Below, piece by piece: positions 44,230-61,373 of a stretch of 64,000 nucleotides of DNA. The first letter of the stretch is position 1, and each line of letters begins with the position of its first letter. The stretch lies in the NCBI RefSeq assembly GCF_009914755.1, contig NC_060934.1. One strand, given 5' to 3'. A program made the position numbers and the translations under genes. The notes below the pieces were generated by a model, which worked only from the letters and a program-made list of their open reading frames with translations, did no database searches and had not been told where the DNA came from. This DNA comes from the human T2T-CHM13v2.0 reference genome, Homo sapiens.

Positions 44230-46576
44230 GTAATTAGTTAACATGAGGTCATAATGGAGTAGGGTGGGCCCCTAATCCAGATGACTGATGTCTTTTAAGA
44301 AGAAGAAAAAAACACAGGGAAAATAGCCAGGTTAAAAGAAAGGCAGAGACTGGAGCAATGTGGCCACAAGCCAGGGAATGCGTGGGGCAACCAGGAGCTG
44401 GAGGAGGCAGGAAGGATCCTCTCTAGAGGCCTCGGAGAAAGCACAACCTTGCCAACACCTCGATTGCAGACTTCCGGCCTCCAGACTGTGAGATGATCAA
44501 TTTCTGCTCTTTTCAGCCTCTGCGTTTGTGGTACTTTGTTTTGGCAGCCCTGGGAAGCTAATGTAACATAGGATGGATATGTTTTTTCTTGTTTGGGTCT
44601 GGTTGCCTATTCCTCTGTTTTAATGATCTGTTTTAATGATCAATAAGTCCAGTTCAAATGTAGGAGACATTGAACCTTCCCATTATTCCCAATAGAAAAT
44701 TTTTGAGATAAAATTAGACACTTTGATACCAAAAGTGCCAAATCAGGAACTGTGACTGGCCACTGTAAAAACTCATATTTTCCTGAAAGTCTGTGTCCAT
44801 GAGGACCCTGGCAGCTCCACTTCCCACTCCATGGCCTCAGACACTGAGATGCTTTCCACCGTGACACTCAGAGAAGGATGTAACGTCTCAGCTGCCACAG
44901 CTCTCATGAATTGTAGAGGTTTATAAAACTTAGTGGGATGCAGCTGCACTTATTAATAAGCGCTATCCATGGCTAGAACCAAAGACTGTGTTAGTGGAAG
45001 ATGAAGTCTTCATTCCTTGGCTTATGACAACGTTAACTGTTTTTTAAGGACCACTGGTGGAAGTGGTGAAAGAAAGCACCAATGCCAGGTTCTATTTTAC
45101 TTGAGTAAAGAAAATCAGATTAAAATAATGAGTGACAATCCAGGACCTCGGACGCTTCCTGGGGGGGCTGTCCACAGGGCCTCACTGTGAGGCCTCCTCA
45201 GTGGCATAAATAGGGCTGCATTTCATAGCAGCCAAGTGTCAGGAAATATGCTTTTAATTATCATTTAAGATGTAACCTGTCAGAGGTATTAGTATCACTT
45301 GTGTTTAATGAGAATTGATTTTCAGATTGCATTACCCAGGAAGCCCAGGATAATGGAAACCCCCAGTTCTTTCCTGAGACCTCAAGTCACCACCACATCG
45401 CTCTGTGCCAGTGCTCACCACATCAGCAGCTACCGGACATCTGATCTGCCCACATGCAGCCCAGGCAGAGGCCTGCTTAGCCTTAGAGTGATTGCTGATG
45501 AATGAGATTCCACAGAGCTGAGCCTGGCTCAGAGTTTTATTGCAAAGTGAGGGAATCCGAGGGAAAGCTAATGAGGGGTTGAGGTTTTCAGTGTGGCCCA
45601 CAGACTGGCCTCATCAGTGCAAGGATGCGGTGTAGAAACGATGTGTTGATGGGGAGAGCATCCGTTTGAGCCATGCCCACCTCTGGCTTGGTCTTCTGCT
45701 GGTGTCCTGACCTTTCTGAAATAGTCAGGCAAGTCCTGGAGAGGGAGGCCAGCGTGGGAGAGCAGCGGGTGGCGTCGGGAAGGGAAAGATCTTGCCCAAG
45801 TGTTTCCCAGTCTGAAGTCATCCCTCTACCACCCTTGAGGTTTTATTGCCATAAACTTATACTACCCTGACAATGATTGACAATATTTTCCTCGAAGTGG
45901 ATTTAGTAAACTTTGTAAGTTTGTTATGCAAAAAAGACTTAAATCATTACTGTAAGCCTGTTGGTCTCACTGGTTTGTAAAACGAAACGTTTCTCAGTTG
46001 CAGATGGATATCGTGGCCTGCTGATGGTTTTGGAGCCCAGGTCCAGACATTTCTTGATTGAAGTAGACATTCAAGAAGTGTGAAATGCACAGTCAGAAAA
46101 TCTGGGACTTCTCTTTTTCCTTGTCAGAATCAGGATTGAAAAATGATTCAGCGGGGAATAGCTTCTTTACAGTGAGAGCCCGTGTTATTGATTTTTGTGT
46201 CTGTATACAACCTAAAAGAATGGAGGCGTGTGTCCCTCTCTTTCGGAAATAATGATATCATCCATGTGTAATTAATTATGTGGGGCCCATGTTGGAAGAC
46301 TGTGTAGCCAGCTCTTGGCTGTCGAAGCACTGACTACATGGATTTAACCTGCCATTGACAGTGGCGCCATTTTTCTGGTCCTCCAGAGGAACATAAACCT
46401 GTCCATTTTACTCATCTTGAAGGAGTTTTGGCAAAACATGTATTAGGGCAGAAAATGAAACCTCACTAGAGCTCCCTTTGCACTGGAAGGCTGGAGGAAT
46501 TTCGTGGACTTGGAGGCTCTGCCCTGTGCTCCACGGCCACAAGCCCTTAAGTGTTGTCTCCACAGCATTTGCATTT

Positions 46577-46680
46577 GCTGTCCTCAAAGCCCCGCTCCTC
46601 CCTCTCCCGTCGCTGTCCTCAAAGCCCCGCTCCTCCCTCTCCCGTCGCTGTCCTCAAAGACCCACTCCTCCCTCTCCCAT
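46577..46680. repeat. 35-bp tandem repeat, ~3 copies
   Basis: gctgtcctcaaagccccgctcctccctctcccgtc repeated. Confidence 0.9.
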
Positions 46681-48053
46681 ACACGATTTTGAGCTATATC
46701 CTTAATATCCAGGTTCCTTTGTGTTTCCTGGTAATGGGTAGAAGTGCAAGGGGATTTCAGCTCCCAAGAGACAGGGTTTCCCCGTGCCTAAGACCCCAGG
46801 GTTGATGCTACTCTGTCATCAAGTGGTGACTGTGACTCTTCCCCCCGCAACCTCAGGAGGTTTTTTTGGACTTCATCCCAGATCCTGAGCTGGAGCTGGT
46901 CCTGGGATGCAGAGCGTGCCTGTCCTAGTGAACTGAAGTGTCTCCAAAAGGGTTCCTGAAAACAGAACAAAGTTGCCCAGCCAGGCACGCAGGCCAGGGC
47001 AGGAAACTGGCCTTGGGGCCACCTCCGCTCAGGATGGGGTGGAGGCAAACAGACTTGTGCGTCATCCTTCACAAAGAAGGTTCTCTCAGATATTTGGATT
47101 TCCTTGAGGAGCCCTCAAAGCAATAAAATAATATGTCCTTCAGACTGAGAACACTGACCGTGTCTGCAAGGCAGAGTGGGGCGCCGCATGAGGTCTGCAT
47201 CTCAGAGGCTCCAGGCAGGAGTCTGGCTCTACTTGTTTTTCAGAGTATTCTCTGGGAGGCACACACCTTTCCCATTTTCTGGTGTGCCCAGCAATAGGAC
47301 GTCGTGTTATCTTTCCTGAGGGTCGGACAGACGTTCGCTTGTGAGGGTAGGATCCTGCTCCCTTCATAGTAAGCAGAAAATCCAGTCATATTGCACTATG
47401 GGGGCCCAATCTTTTTCTACTTTGGTGAAATGTCCTGAATCTCACCTCTGAGAATACCTTTCTTGCTGTGTCCTGGCATAGCTTCCTGAAACTGTCGGAA
47501 GAGGTCTTTTATTCCTTATTGATAATCTGGAAATAGGGCTCTTTTGAAAACCTTTTTTTGTTTTTCCAAAGGAAAAAAAAAACCCAAAGAAGATAAAACA
47601 CTGAATTAAAAAGAAATAGACTCTTTGTGGCCGTCTATATTTTCCAAGGTTTCATGTTTTTAACAATGAATATGTATTATTTTGCAATCGGATACAAGCT
47701 GGGCTTTGTTTGTAATTGACAACAGAGGGCTATCAGCCCAGCTACCACTGGAAGCAGAGTGGTATTTCAGAGTTTGTTCTCTCTCCCCACCACCTTTGGG
47801 GCGTCTGCTTCATGTAATTCCCACCCAGAAGCTCCCCTAATGAGGGGTGCTCATTCAAGGTCTCCCACAAGGAACAAAGCATTTTCACATTTTCCAAAGT
47901 CCGTTTCATTGTTGAAATATTGTAATAGAAAGCAGGATATATTTGCACTGTAATTTTAGAGCAATTTTGGAAGTAGAAACATTTTGTGGGTCTCATCTCA
48001 TAGACCTATGTCCATCCAGGAACTTCCTATCTTTCTTTTAAAAGAAAAGATGT

Positions 48054-48471
48054 CAGGTTTGTCAAAGATCAGATGGTTATAGATGTGTGGTGTTATTTCT
48101 GAGGCCTCTGTTCTGTTCCATTGGTCTATATGTCTGTTTTGATACCAGTACCATGCTCTTTTGGTTACTGTAGCCTTGTAGTATAGTTTGATGTAGTATA
48201 GTCAGGTAGCATGATGCCTCCAGCTTTGTTCTTTTTGCTTAGGATTATCTTGGCTATAAGGGCTCTTTTTTTGTTCCACATGGGGGGAAAGGGGAGGGAG
48301 AGCATTAGGACAAATACCTAATGCATGCAGGGGTTAAACCTAGATAATGGATTGATAGGTGCAGCAAACCACCATGGCACATGTATACCTATGTAACAAA
48401 CCTGCACATTCAGCCCATGTATCCCAGAACTTAAAATTAAAAAAAAAATTTTAAAGAAAATTTTTTTTAAA
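48054..48471 (+). mobile_element. L1PA (PA7/8-like), 5'-inverted and truncated
   Basis: Antisense ORF2 piece ~48054-48280 joined to sense 3' UTR and tail ~48281-48471; TSD aaaagaaaa(g/a)atgt. Confidence 0.88.
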
Positions 48472-49269
48472 AAAAGAAAAAATGTAAAATTATTGATACA
48501 ATGATCTGACGTTCAGGTCATCATTTGGTCCATTTTGATTATTTTGAATGATGACAAAGACCAGTTATTAAGACATTTTTTCATCAAGGTTTAGCTTCTT
48601 GCTGTGGGAGGGGGGGTCGTAGTGTTCTGGGTTTATAGATGAGAATGAGAGGTCCCAGGGACACATGTGGTGGAAACTTTGCCTTCACTGGAGTGTCAAC
48701 CCAGTCATGCCCTTTAGGCTGGATCAGAAAAGCAGAGATTTGAAAAATTATGCTACATGGCTTCTGTGCAATCATTCGGGTGACTTATTAAGAAGGATGG
48801 GAGCAGGTGCAGTTTGCAAGGATTTCATAAGGGGAATCTCATTAGCAGGAGAGGAAGGAGAAGAGAAGACCTACCCTGTCCCATCCTACAGAGAAACTAG
48901 ATGTTGCCCTTCAGAATTTATATTTTGGGTTCTGTTATCCATTTGTGCTTTTTCATTTTGCCTCTGGCCTCTCAGGAAACAAAGACAGCCCCTGTTTAAG
49001 GATCAAGGCCCCCACATTGAGGAATGGAGGGTCCCCTTTCTCTTACTGAGGGCCTAGACAGATGGTCACCATCTAGGGGCCAAGCTGAACCATGTGTCTT
49101 CAGCATCCTGGCAGCATGCACAGCTCTGGGGACCCAGCCCATCCCAGGCTGTGCCCTGATGGAATGGGCTGGAAGCTTCTGGCAGTGCCAGTCTGGGATT
49201 TCCCTGGCCGTCTTCCCTGTGTCCTGCTCAGCCTCTGAGGATTTTTGTCAGAGAGTAAAGAACTCAGAA

Positions 49270-50255
<986 letters not shown>

Positions 50256-51640
50256 TTCATATATAATTTATTAGATGAGAAGCACATTCACGTGGTTTTA
50301 TGTGGATCCCAAGGACTGAGATTAACCACACACGTTTCAGTGACACCAATAAGGGCTGTCACCCCAATCTCCAGGCCTAGAAAGGGAAATATGGGGCATT
50401 TGTGAGGCTGGCTGCGATCTCCCAAGAGGATGTTTCTCACCAGCTTGTCTGGGGGTTGGTCGGCAGCCAGCAATGTCCCAGCACAGGGGCCAATCCCAGG
50501 GCTCTGCTCATGGCCACAGCGGTTCAATGAGTGGCATCCTGGACCTGGGCCCTCCCTGCTGCCAGGCCCACTCCTTCCCTCCTCTTCTCACCCCTGCATC
50601 AGGGCCCTGCATGCTGCGGCCTCCCCCTGCAGACCCCCCAAGTCCCCAGAGCCAGAAGCTGAGCCGCCCAACCTCGGGGGTCCTGAGCAAATTGGGCCTC
50701 CCTCTTCTCCTGCCTCTCCAGCAACACAGCCCGCCACCCCATCTCCCAGCACCCCTCCCCGCACGCCCTTCCCTCTCCACAGGGTGCTATAGTTTCCAGG
50801 CTGGACCGTGGTGTGGAAAAGGTGCCTCCGGGTTTATCAGAGTTCATCGGACTGTCTCACAGCAGGCGCCAGGCTGGCAGCATCGCCTCGACTTGAATTT
50901 CAACCGTTTTCTCTGCTTAACACCTCCCTGGGCCATCCCTCCACCCCCTACATAATGAGCTCCATTCTTTCCCAGCTCTCAGTGGCGACAGCAGCCAAGC
51001 CCTACCGCATGGGGACAGGAATTGGCTGTACTTAACCTGCTGGGTTTCTCTCTCCCTTTCTTACCCGTCTGTTCAGCTGTAACCCTAGCAGGCCCCGCCA
51101 AAGAGGGGCGCCAAGGTGTTTGCTTCAGGGAGGACCTGAAGCAATTGGTCCCAGCTGGGAGCCAATCACTCAGGCCTGGCTCTGTGCTGACCGTGTGGTC
51201 AGCGGCGGGTCACTGGGTGTGAGCTTCCCTGTGACCCCCTAAGCAAGAAAGAATAGGCTCGCCTCTCCCTGACCTCACAGGGAGGTCTTGAGAACTGCTT
51301 TGACCTAAACGTTAAAGTCCTGCAGAGGGAAGTAATTGAAGAGTTGTGGCCACAGGAGGTCAGAAACCAAAAAACAATCCTGGATATTGTGCCCAAAACT
51401 CTGCTCACTGCAAGGGGTGGGCCGTTGGCAGTAACCCGGGAGTGCGGGTCATTCCAGGCCCCCAGCTGGATGAATTAGGCCTAAGTCATAGCCTGAGGGC
51501 TGGAGGCTTGGAAGGACAGCCTGGCTGCCCCAGGACACAGCAGCAAAGCACCCTCCATGGTGGAGGCTTTAGAAGGAGATCGCGTGGCTCAGGACCTCCA
51601 CCTGGGAGTTAGCCTTTTTCTTTTTTTAAGAAAGAGAGTT

Positions 51641-51940
51641 GGCTGGGCACAGTGGCTCATGCCTGTAATCCCAGCACTTTGGGAGGCCGAGGCAGGCAGA
51701 TCACTTAAGGCCAGGAGTTCAAGACCAGCCTGAGCAACACAGTAAGACCCCATCTCTACAAAAAAACAAACAAAACAAAAATTAGCTGGGCATGATAGCA
51801 CACACCTGGGGTCACAGCTACCTTGGAGACTGAGACACGAGGATCCACTGAGTCCCAGAGGTCAAGGCTGCAGTGAGCCATGCTCACACCATTGCACTCC
51901 AGCGTGGGCAACAGAGGAAGGGCATATCTCAAAGAGACAG
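51641..51940 (+). mobile_element. AluJ followed by (GA)n
   Basis: Diverged Alu with J-type right arm. Confidence 0.85.
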
Positions 51941-53463
51941 AGATTGTGAGAGAGAGAGAGAGAGAGAGAGGAGTCCCTCTATTTCATATTTCATCAGATG
52001 CTCAAAGTGTCCAGCACTCAAAGGGGCTAAGCATCTCATCTACCAGGGTCCCTTCGCCTCCTGCTCCCTGGTGATCTGTAACTTGCCACTCCTTCCTTCC
52101 ATCGCCCTTTGCCCTGCACTCTGCCCTCCAGTACCAGGTGCCCTGGTCGACATGAGCCAGCAGGCCAGAGGTATGGGATCTACACCATCTCCCAGACAAC
52201 GGGCACAAAAGAACAAACGAGTAGGGCACAGGGTGGGGGGCACCCGCCTCGCAGGGGAAACTCAGCTCAGGAGGCTTCCAGCGATCCTCAGTGAACCTCA
52301 GAAACTAATGACCCTTCCCAAGGATGGGCAGTGCTGGATTCGAAGTGGCTTCGTTCACCTGGGTAGCGCTGCTGACCGAGGATGTGCAGAGGAAGAATGA
52401 CTTGGAAACTTTTCCAAAACGACATCCCCTCTGGGTCCTGGGTTCTCTGCGGCAACCCCAGCCCCCCGCCACTCCCCTTCTCTCCAACCCACAGGAGCTC
52501 ATCCGCCGTGCCCAGGCCCCATCTCGAGTCTACCTTCCCCTCCTTTCTTTCTCGCTGGCTGCCAAACGTCCATGTTCTCCCCAGGACTTGCTTATCTCCT
52601 CTGCAGAAACCAGAGCGTGTTCCCAGCACAGCGCAGGATAACTGACAGGGAGAAAGGGAAGTTCCCTGGCTTCCACCTGCACCGCTGTGCCAGGTGTGGC
52701 CGGTGGCTCATTAATCACATCCACAGCTGCATTGTCTAGGCCTCTCCCAAGAAGACAGGTGACATGGAAAAGCCACTCATATGCATGTGAGTTCTGTCTC
52801 TCTTTATTTCATCCCCAGTTGTGGAGTGGTGCCCAACCCACCTCTGCCCCCCAAGAGGCTCTCCACCCCCAACCCCAGCTCCCCAGATATGTTTCCCGTC
52901 CTTCCAGCTCACAATGATTTACTTCCGAAAGCTGCTGATTACGAGATGTTTCCGAGGATGTCATGTCTAAGGAAAAGGGAGAAACATGAACTTGGAGCCG
53001 ACCTGTGGTCTCTGGGCTTCCTGGGGTCTGAGGCATCAAGAGAGCAAACGTGGGCCCAGCAGAGAGGCCTGGCTGCCCGGCCAAGGCTTTTCCACTGTGG
53101 GCCCCACACTCTCCCCCTCTCTAGCCAGGTTTCTTTCCAAAAAAAAAAAAAAAAGCCTTGTCCAACAATGAACACTTGGAAGGGGCTGGTGGACTTCCTA
53201 AGGTGGCCCCGTCACGTCCACCCATCAGGAGTCCCTGCCCACGCCCATCCTGGCCATTGGCAGAAGCAGCACAACATGGGCTACTGCAGACGCCACTTTT
53301 AGACAGAAATAGGCAGCTCCGAAACCACTGCTTCTGGAGGTGAAGAAAGGCCTGGGATGCGCAGGGGGTAGAAACAAGTGGGATCCTGGACTCAGGTGCA
53401 GCAGCCCACGGCAGTCACTGTAGACGCTGCTCTTGTTTAGTCCAGAGCCTCCCAGAGTCATGA

Positions 53464-53878
<415 letters not shown>

Positions 53879-54992
53879 TGAGAATTTTTATGATAAAGAA
53901 AAAAGTTATTAGATTAAATGCTCCCCGACATGTTTCCCCTCCAATGCTGGCCGGTGCTGTAAGACCCAGATCCAAGGCCAACTCCTCTTGCACCCCAGAT
54001 AGCACGATTTCTTCCTTTTGAAGCCCCCATCCTTTTACCAGAACCTCTCTAAGACAGGCAGCTGTCCACCTCTTACCATAACTAATTACACAAAACATTA
54101 TCTCCAGGGAAGGACAGGAGGCATGCTCTGTCCCCTGTACATAGTCAGTGCCCACTGAAGATTAGTTGAATGAATGAATAAGTGAATGTGTTTGTTTTGA
54201 AGCATTTTCTCTGCTGGGAAAATTGCATGAACAATTTGGAATGCTATTGTCATTCAGTAATACACACAGTTTTATTCTATGTTATCTTCATCATTTAATT
54301 TCCAAAGTGCTCCATTTTAGTTTCCCGGGCAGACAGATGAAGAAATTGAAAGGATAAGCAGTTGCCTACAAGTTCTAGGACTTTCAGCTTCTAGAATATT
54401 CCCAGGCTCCAGCCCTCTTCAGTTTTGAGCTGAGCCTTAAATTGCTTTTGCCTTCCCATAGAAAGGTTTGTTTTCTTCTGTAACTTTCCCTGTGGACCTT
54501 CAGAATAGAAGCTGGACTTCGGCCTTGTGTGACATTTTACTTTTTAACATTTATAGGGCTTATGTTAACTTCGTGGCTGAAAGAGTCAAGAAATAGGAGG
54601 CAGACTTCCAGTGGGAAATTGAACCAAATAAAGAATGAAGCATTCAGGCCTTCATTCACACTCAAATATCTGCAGCACTGTATTTTCTACACTGCCCTTA
54701 CTCACTTCTAATAAAATTTGTTATTTTTTTAAAAAGCACACACAAAAGCATGTACAATGAAGTTTGTACTCATAGTTCAATGAAGTTATTTCATGGGCAT
54801 GTCAATGAACTTAGTACATGTGATTTTCAACTTATATAACCAGAAATTCCCAGGAAGCCATCAGAACACTGGGTCTTCTCTTGCACAAACACAGCTGTTG
54901 TTCTGAGGACATAGTATGATTAACAGAGAATTTTCAGGAAGAACACTGTGTCAATAAAAATTAATTTGGGTTGGCTTCCTATGAAATATACC

Positions 54993-55074
<82 letters not shown>
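54993..55074. repeat. (TA)n(TG)n(TA)n microsatellite
   Basis: Direct inspection. Confidence 0.95.
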
Positions 55075-55078
<4 letters not shown>

Positions 55079-55462
55079 GAGAGGCATTTTTTCACCTTTA
55101 TTTGCAATGTCCAAAATAGAAAAGGATGGTGCTGGAATGTCTCCTTCCTTTTGGCTCCCAGATCCCCAACCTCAAATATCTATAATATAAATATAGTCAC
55201 TTTGAAGATAGAAAGTTTGCTTTAACTCCTAAATTTGGGATGATTCCAGAATAGCTAAAGGGAAGTGACTTTGAAAGAAATCAGCACTGCAAACGTATGT
55301 TCAGAGCCACCAGTGTGTGCAGAGGCAGATGTGGAAACCAAGACATGGATGAGATCACTAAGGGGGAAAGTTCAGGGTACCAAAGAGAAACCTTAGGGTA
55401 CGCCTACAGGTTGGTAGGAAGAAAGAAATTCATCAAAAGAGACTAGGAAAGATTTTAAAAAA

Positions 55463-55780
<318 letters not shown>

Positions 55781-56887
55781 TCACTCTACAAAAGAAACAG
55801 AAGAAACAAAAGAAACAAAGTCAAACTACTCAACAGAGTCACGTAGTGGACGCCGAAGGCACTGATCGCTGGAGGGGACATTGAGATGGCAACGTGACGT
55901 CTAAGATGTGGTTCTGTTAATAGGGTGAAGGCAGAAGCTGAATCTGATGACTTAAGCAACTGACTAGGGCAGAAAAAAAAATAAGGGTTCACATACCAAC
56001 CACTAGAGCAAATTCAACAAGGAAATAAAAGAGAAGGTAGAAGCCCCAAGGGAGTGCAAGCAAGGGACAATAGTTTCAGACTAGAGGACATTTTTGGAAC
56101 CATATCTGAAATCAAGAGAAAAGCACCTGGTGGAAAACAAGAATCTAGAGGGAATAAATGAGGCAACCACTTGAGGATGTGGGAAAAGAGGGGATCCAGA
56201 GTGGAGGGTGACAGCTATGCTTGGAAGGAAGGGGGTACCAGCTGATAGAGCGACGCAAAGACACAGACCCTTTGATACGAGAAACAGTAAAGGAAGGAGG
56301 AGTTCCTGCCTCAGATTTCTCAGCAAAATAGGAGGCAGGGCCATGGAGGGAAGCTACGGGGCTCAGTGGCATAGGCAGCTGAAGGGGAATGGAGTGGCCA
56401 TCGAGGCAATGCATGGGAAAAAAAAAACGATCAGTTCTGTCCAACGCTGGCAGGAGCCCTGCGGGTGGGATGACCATGGCAGGGTTCTCTGACTGTCCCC
56501 AGGCATTCTTCGTATCTCAAGAGAGGGAGAGGGGATGTGGATGCCACACTGGGGACCCATCTGGCATGGGGCAAGGGTTTCACCAAGCATTTTCCATGGT
56601 GGGTTCTCAGAGGCCACCAACTCACCAGCGCCATGCCTGAAACTGTACGGAATAAGAAGATTGCCACAATGTGGGAGAAGTTCCTGGCTGCGTGACATCC
56701 TAGGAAACATGTGACTGCCTCTGTCCACGCTCCTCTTCCTTGCAGCTGACTGAACTCTCTCTCCATCTTTGGAGTGGTTTCCTAACCCCCTTCCTGCCTC
56801 CATAGTTGTCCCTCCTCTGAGCTCAGATAGCCCTCGGCAAGTTTCCTTACAGTATTGATCACACTCTTTCTATCTTTGCATTCTTTC

Positions 56888-57104
56888 TTATTTATTTATT
56901 TATTTTTAAGACAGAGTGTCACTCTGTTGCCCAGGTTGGAGTGTAGTGGTGCAATCTCAGCTCACTGCAGCCTCAACCTCCGGGCTCAAGCAGTCCTCCC
57001 ACCCCAGCCTCCCAAGTAGCTGGGACTACAGGCACGCATCACCACGCCCAGCTTATTTTTAAAATTTCTCTAGAGATGCAGTCTCCCTATGTTGCCCAGG
57101 CTGG
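56888..57104 (-). mobile_element. 5'-truncated AluJ
   Basis: TSD gcattctttc; (TTTA)n tail. Confidence 0.87.
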
Positions 57105-57283
57105 GCATTCTTTCAACATCCTGTTCTAAACTAAGGATTCCAGAGAGGCATGAACTTTGTTTTCCTTGGAATCCCTGGGCCTGACACACTGGAACTAAAT
57201 ACATACTGGAGTCACTGAATGAATAGTTTAGCATTTTTCACATGGCAGCTCAGGAAGCATCTTTGTCTGAAGGCAGAAGATAA

Positions 57284-57613
<330 letters not shown>

Positions 57614-58211
57614 AGTCCCTTCATTTTAAAGCCACAGAAGATGCCAAAAGCAGAGATAAGTCAACTTGAGTCCTTGACATTAGTTGTTCACTTGTTTTCT
57701 CTTTAACACAGCCCACCAGCGATGCCTCCTTTGTGTCCTATGTCTGTTTTGGTTCTAAGCATCTGTTGTCCCGTTCAGCTTGTAATATAGCTCAACCGAA
57801 ATCTAAACGCGATCCAGTAAAACCACTCAGAACCGGAGGTAGGAGTGCCAGAACCACGAGTTAGAAATGGCACCTAGGAGGGAAATGACCCTGAGCCCAG
57901 TGGAAGCAGCATCAGTCAAGACGGTGGGCAAAGTGTGTGCAAAAGAGTACCCAATAATGTACTGGTCCCAATAATGATCAAAGTTTGGGATGCTAGAATC
58001 CCCAGACGGGAATGGACTGAGAGGTTTAAGACCCTCCGGTGTACCTGACAGTTTCAGAAGAGCACAGGAATCACTGCTGTGAATTTGCTGTTCTCTACAA
58101 TAAATTGTATTACGTTAACATTATTCTTCCCATGTTGCTACCCCATTTACATATCATTGTGTGTAATTCAGAAATGCCTACAAACAAGCAGTGCAGTTAG
58201 ATTCTTCAAGT

Positions 58212-58217
58212 TTTATT
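58212..58217 (-). terminator. Distal poly(A) signal AATAAA of ITIH5
   Basis: TTTATT on +; downstream GU/U-rich element on -; AT-rich upstream context. A second AATAAA lies at 58428-58423. Confidence 0.65.
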
Positions 58218-58546
58218 CTCAACAGCTCCAATTCCATTTTCCCTTAGAAAAATAAACAGACCAATATGTTGTTTGTTTTTATGCATCGTTCTCTTATAAA
58301 TTTTTTGTCTAAGTAAAATGTCTCTTGAATGTGAACTGTCTCGTACCCCACTAATTATTTAAAACTAAAATAAATATTTAAAGCTACATTTATAAGTATT
58401 TGCTTAGCTGTGTTATTTGTTATTTATTTTAGCTGGATCATGTCCTACAGTTCCAAGAGTCCTTTAAATTTTAATAACAGCATTGTTTGTGTACATTCTG
58501 GGAAGCTTAAAGAACAGAAAAAGAATTAACGTTTTGAATGATTTGG

Positions 58547-59230
<684 letters not shown>

Positions 59231-61367
59231 GTCGTTTAGCCAAAAGTTAAAGTTAAAGGAATGAATCCTGTTCCTAATCCACCTATCAGGATACACGATT
59301 CAATTAAATGTTGAATGTTACTCCCTAGAGAAACACAGAGGTGCCCACTCCGATTCCCAGTCCCCGGCCTCCTCAGCACAGCTGTGGCACCGAGGGAATC
59401 TTGTGATGGTTTCTCCTCCCAACATCCCCTCCCTTTAGCCTGAAGTTGTAAAGCATTAAAAAGTCAAATGGAGGAAGATGGTGCACCTAGCATGGGGCCG
59501 TGGGGGGTCAGGGGAGGATAGAGAACAATGTTCCTTCATTTTGAAAGGCAGAGATGCTGACTTGTTCAAGGTCCCAGTTAGTCAGTGATCATGACACATT
59601 AACTATTGTGATAACAAGGAGATTTATCTCCTCTAATTATGACATATTTCTTCATCTCATTCAATTACTCATTTTGGAACAACCCTCGCCCTGGTTTATA
59701 AATGCTCAAGGAAAATAAATGATTGCCCAGATGGTGAAACAGGGTCAAAGCAAACAAAATGATTCTGGAGGTTCAGTGTAGCCCTGCATTAAGTATGTTG
59801 TATGACTTGGCAAAAACCACTCCACGGCACTCTCTGCCTCAGTTTCCCTATCTGGGAAGATTTTCTGGACAACAGAAAATACTATATTTTTTTTTATCAA
59901 ATGCAAAGGTCCTAACTATAAGCTTGGTATGGGGTTTCGGGCTTTCAGGTACTGACCCCATTTGAAAAAAAAAAAAAGATCTACACGTAAAGAAGAGGAA
60001 GAAAAAAGGTGATATTTTTCTAAAGTAAAATATAATTTTTAAAAATGAAAGCTCAACTTTGCTACTTATGTTTTTCTGAGCAAGCAAGTTAGCTATGGAT
60101 AGCTCATTGGAATGTTTTTCTCAGCTCTTAAAGTAGCAACACAGGCAGTAGGAACTGGTCTTTCCTAATAACGTCCTCATTTCTGCAGTGTCGAGACTTA
60201 CACCTGGAACAACAGATCACTGCTCCAAGTGCTCCACAGGGGACAGGGCCACCTGGCTCCAGGGCTGTCTGTCCAGCTGGGATTTACATAATAGGAAGGC
60301 CCCGGGGAGCCTGGCCAGCTCCCTGGCTACCTCTAGCTGCCGCTCCCTTTCTCTGAGCTCTACAGTCTGAAAGCATCTGTCAGCAGCACTGGCTGGCAGC
60401 CTTTGCACCTCTGGCATGAATACAGGCAGCTGAGGTTGGGAAGACGGAAGGCAAATAAATAGCACAGCAGACAGGCCCTGGTGTGGTGGGTTCACGAAGC
60501 AGAGAGAGACGAGCCCAGATAGTCCCCCAGCGCTAACTTGTTCCCGAAGCCGCTGCGTCCGACAGGAACACGTGGATGTCATTTTACTGCCTGAATGTTT
60601 CCCCAGGGAAGGCAAACATGATAAAGAATTTTCTTAACTCAGCTTTTCCTCCCAGTGCTAAGCATGCCTTCTCATTTCACGCGGGGGCTGCTCTGGTGTC
60701 AAGCCCCGTGGAAGAAGCCTCTTGTGAGGCCAGCCCCAGAGCCTTGAACTCTGGCCTGCATCGAAGCATTCCACTTCCCCGACCACAGTCTTTCTTTCTC
60801 TGCTGTTTTGCCCAAGCGCTCCCGGTATCCGTCGGCTGAAGGGTGACGTTCATTGACTCTGGAAGCCCCCTCTCATCTTAACCTTTTCCTTAAGGCATCA
60901 GGTTTGTCCAAGTTTTGGAACCAAAGCCCCTGTCCACGAGCTGGTTTCCTGACTTTTTTTCTATCTGACATGAGGGAAGCTGGAAGTCCTAGATTTCCTA
61001 AGCACCGACACGCTTCCTGCTATAGGTGGGCTGGTGGACCTGCTCTGAGCCGGCTCTGCCTCCCGTCCTAGCACTGTGCACATGTAATTGATCACCTCCT
61101 GGATGACCACAAGGAAAAAAGGTCTGGGAACTATGACAAAGGCTGGAGAGCTCCAAGTAAAAGATGCATCATTCACTTGGCCAACTCTTCGTCACCAAGA
61201 CATGCCAGTAAAATCAACCACATGGAGTTGTCCTGTGTATGAAAAGCCCTTAGCTTATTGGAACAAATTGGAGAATAGCCATTAGCAAAGTCAAGTGGTT
61301 TACAAAGCCCACTAGAAAGAGATCAGTATCTGAGCTGTAGATGTTTCTATTTTCAATCAAATTTCTT

Positions 61368-61373
61368 TTTAAT
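61368..61373 (-). terminator. Candidate proximal poly(A) signal ATTAAA of ITIH5
   Basis: TTTAAT on +, ~630 nt after the stop codon, in an AT-rich patch. Confidence 0.45.

Noticed and set aside
50288-53460. GC-richer zone with many overlapping 80-175 aa ORFs
   Set aside because: Expected from GC content; no homology, splice structure or CpG island.
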